In this document: in pieces, positions 15,162 to 17,455 of the stretch
Numbering within the stretch: position 1 is the first letter of the stretch
Layout of the letters: each line of letters starts with the position of its first letter
DNA from: Promethearchaeota archaeon
Lineage (GTDB): Archaea > Asgardarchaeota > Lokiarchaeia > Sigyniarchaeales > SOKP01
Length of the DNA stretch: 17,455 bases
Assembly: GCA_011364975.1 (NCBI GenBank)
Contig: RDOE01000069.1
Location: 1 to 17,455, forward strand
Direction: 5' to 3'
The notes under the pieces: generated by a model
What the model was told of the DNA's origin: nothing
Databases searched by the model: none
What the model saw: the letters and a program-made list of their open reading frames with translations, nothing else
Made by a program: the position numbers and the translations under genes

Positions 15162-15173
15162 TTTTTTTTTTTT
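15162..15173 (+). terminator. Oligo-T terminator candidate
   Basis: T12 tract 33 nt after the stop at 15128. Confidence 0.5.
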
Positions 15174-15384
15174 AAAACCCATTTTAGAACCTAAAAGAGA
15201 CTAAGTTTTAAGCTTTACTTAATATTCCCGAAGTCATTACATTTACGGGTCTAACCAGTAATTCTTTTCACAATAAAAATTAGTATTAATATTAATTACA
15301 ATCATAATTAAAATTATTAGAGATATCAATAAATCATTTATTATAATATAGAGATGAATGGCTTAAACTTAGATTTTAGCTTAC

Positions 15385-15888
15385 TTATCTGATATTCCAG
15401 GTCATTGCACACTCTCCGACTCTTCCTTTCTGGACACCCTCAAATCTTAAATTTTTAAATCCAAATTTTCTTCTTACTTTATTCAAAATGCCCATAATAA
15501 CCTGAGGGAACATACAAGAAGGACTTCCATTGTCATGAAGCCTATAGTACGTATTAGCATAACACATCTTACAGGAATCTTGTTTTGCTAATAATTTTAC
15601 AACATTCCCCTCCGCATCTTTTTGAAAATCAACCTTAGCGTTGTCAGTAATAGCCCATTCCTTTTCTAAAAATTGTTGTAGTTTTTCAAGGAATGCATCA
15701 ATCGTTTCTATTCCTTCATCATCGAATTCATTTCCAATAGATCTTCCAATTTTAGTAAAAAATTCTCCTTTTTGCTCATGAGGAATAGCTTTCTGCAAAG
15801 CATACCATACTTTAAAGAATGTGCTATATGAAACAGTATCGAATTGTGTTGGTAACTTTCTTATTTCATCTTGTGTTAAGTTTCCCAT
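15385..15888 (-). CDS. Stand-alone V4R / MetOD1-like (H-NOX/Bet3-related fold) ligand-binding protein
   Basis: Helix with IG..IG, then C..C, C...P....G and a terminal C-x-x-x-W strand, matching V4R-type Cys spacing. The ORF is solid; the family call is by motif resemblance. Confidence 0.6.
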   Translation of the reverse strand: MGNLTQDEIRKLPTQFDTVSYSTFFKVWYALQKAIPHEQKGEFFTKIGRSIGNEFDDEGIETIDAFLEKLQQFLEKEWAITDNAKVDFQKDAEGNVVKLLAKQDSCKMCYANTYYRLHDNGSPSCMFPQVIMGILNKVRRKFGFKNLRFEGVQKGRVGECAMTWNIR

Positions 15889-16063
15889 ATTGCTTCAATT
15901 TATTTGTTTGATATACTAAAAGTGTTAGTAATCAAAAAGATTTTTTTTATATATTATAAAAAAAAAGCCAAGTATTGTTTTGGGTATTAATTATTTGATG
16001 GCAAACTATTCAATTTTTAAAATTACATTCTAAAACATTCCAATTTATTCAAATAACTAATCT

Positions 16064-17143
16064 TTACCTAAGTTTCTTTTTATTTCTTGCAATCTTAATC
16101 ATTAAGTCGATTGAATTTTCAGGGGGAATTATGCTTTGTTCTTTATTTTTTAGTTGGATTGCTTCTGAAGGACATTTCGATACACATACTCCACATCCTA
16201 TACATCGCTCTTTATTAATGGTTGAGGCATCTCCCGTGGTTATAGCATCCATTGGACAATAATTTGAACAAGTACTACATCCAGTGCATTGTTGCTCATC
16301 AATTTCAGCATAATAGTTGGAGGCAAATAATCGAGCAGGGTTTTCAAGCTTCTTAGCGTGAGAAAGAATACCACAACAACAATCACAACATAAACAGAAC
16401 CCTCCTGAACTTTTTACATTTCCTGGTTGAATTACAAGTCCGCTCTCTTCCGCTTTGTTCAATATCTCAAATGCTTCTGCTTTTGTGATCTCCCGAGCAT
16501 CTCCACGATCCAGGTAATTTTGGCTATTAACCATACATCGTTCTAGCATATTATGTTTACATTTAATTCCAATTAATTCTTTGGATTGAACGCATACACA
16601 TGGTGCAACTGCATAAGGGCCATCTACGGTCTCAAGAATTTTTCGTGCATTATCATAATCCTTAATAATATTCTCATGAGAAATAGCAGTATTAATAGGA
16701 ATAGTACGCATCTGTGGGATGCCCGTATCTTCGCCTAAAAACTCTCTAATAAACCGTTTTCCATATTCTTCACTTGCTTGTGCCATTTCTTTAGATAAGT
16801 GGTTAACATGGGTCTCAAAAAATCCAATTGCATATGGCAAATTTCCATAGGATATTTGGTTAGTTTTGGGATTTACTTCTTTAAATATTATCCTTTTTTC
16901 TACCATGGATTCCAATTTTCCTTTTGTTTCCTCAAGAGTTAATCCTATCTTTTTAGTCTGAGAGTAAATTCTATTCAGAGAAACAGGATTAAAATTGAGA
17001 TACATAGCCATTTTCGCTTCCTCAGGAGTAAAAAAAGCCTTCAGCACCTTCAAATCAGAATTATCTTCTGAAGAGGGAAAACCAATGGGCATTTTGTCGA
17101 GATGTTTTTGTAACTCTCGATATATAGCTTCATGTTCTTGCAT
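16064..17143 (-). CDS. 4Fe-4S dicluster protein with N-terminal winged-helix-like domain and Cys-rich central domain
   Basis: C-terminal CTGCSTCSNYCP and CIGCGVCVSKCP; central CVC...C...C and FCLCCDCCCG; N-terminal L..FTPEEA...L..MVEK.II. Confidence 0.9.
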   Translation of the reverse strand: MQEHEAIYRELQKHLDKMPIGFPSSEDNSDLKVLKAFFTPEEAKMAMYLNFNPVSLNRIYSQTKKIGLTLEETKGKLESMVEKRIIFKEVNPKTNQISYGNLPYAIGFFETHVNHLSKEMAQASEEYGKRFIREFLGEDTGIPQMRTIPINTAISHENIIKDYDNARKILETVDGPYAVAPCVCVQSKELIGIKCKHNMLERCMVNSQNYLDRGDAREITKAEAFEILNKAEESGLVIQPGNVKSSGGFCLCCDCCCGILSHAKKLENPARLFASNYYAEIDEQQCTGCSTCSNYCPMDAITTGDASTINKERCIGCGVCVSKCPSEAIQLKNKEQSIIPPENSIDLMIKIARNKKKLR

Positions 17144-17455
17144 CTAAGAGCCTTATTAATGTAATTTCTATTTTTAATTTTTATATGTAGATAAAATAGG
17201 GATCATCATAATTTAAATCTACTAATTCAAATCTAGGTTTTTCGCAACTTAATTTATATTAAGGCTAAAAATAAGAACAATAATGAATTAAACTATCCTT
17301 AGAATATGGATCTTAAAACCAATGCAATTTTATTCAATATTTTTCCTAATGCATAACCAGTTAATTCTAATATTAAAAAGAAAGGTTTAAAATAATAAGT
17401 TGCTTTCATAAACATAGTACTACTAAGGAAATCCGAGAAAATGCTATGAAACCTA

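Noticed and set aside
17381-17455. Promoter-like AAAGGTTTAAAA and ATG at 17446 starting a plus-strand gene
   Set aside because: Only three codons lie inside the window, so it cannot be supported.

Overview
AT-rich (roughly 30% GC by eye) archaeal DNA with TATA/BRE promoters, GGTGA/GGAGG Shine-Dalgarno motifs and oligo-T terminators. Gene content (Hdr cluster, stand-alone SDS22-like LRR protein, V4R-like protein) fits an anaerobic Asgard archaeon (Lokiarchaeia-like); this assignment is inference. The left end holds a minus-strand heterodisulfide reductase cluster, hdrC-hdrB followed by two complementary, non-identical hdrA-like genes, the second running off the window. Directly upstream, on the same strand, is a tandem triplet of small paralogous proteins sharing an 8-cysteine motif that I cannot assign to a known family. 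One member is missing from the ORF track. Another is truncated in the track: its conserved N-terminus can only be made from an ATT start or by reading through an in-frame TGA. The triplet's promoter has a perfect 9-6-9 inverted repeat and a dense cluster of YGATCA motifs, and a similar cluster recurs 9 kb away in front of an unrelated 102-aa gene. The rest of the window holds membrane proteins, an acyltransferase-3 protein, a DUF3795/PNPOx-like/MarR operon with a visible double operator, an LRR protein, an Lrp/AsnC regulator plus an unannotated 4-Cys microprotein, a DUF47-PiT-DUF47 phosphate transport operon, DUF3303-like and V4R-like proteins and a multi-Cys 4Fe-4S protein. No rRNA, tRNA, CRISPR array or mobile element was recognised.
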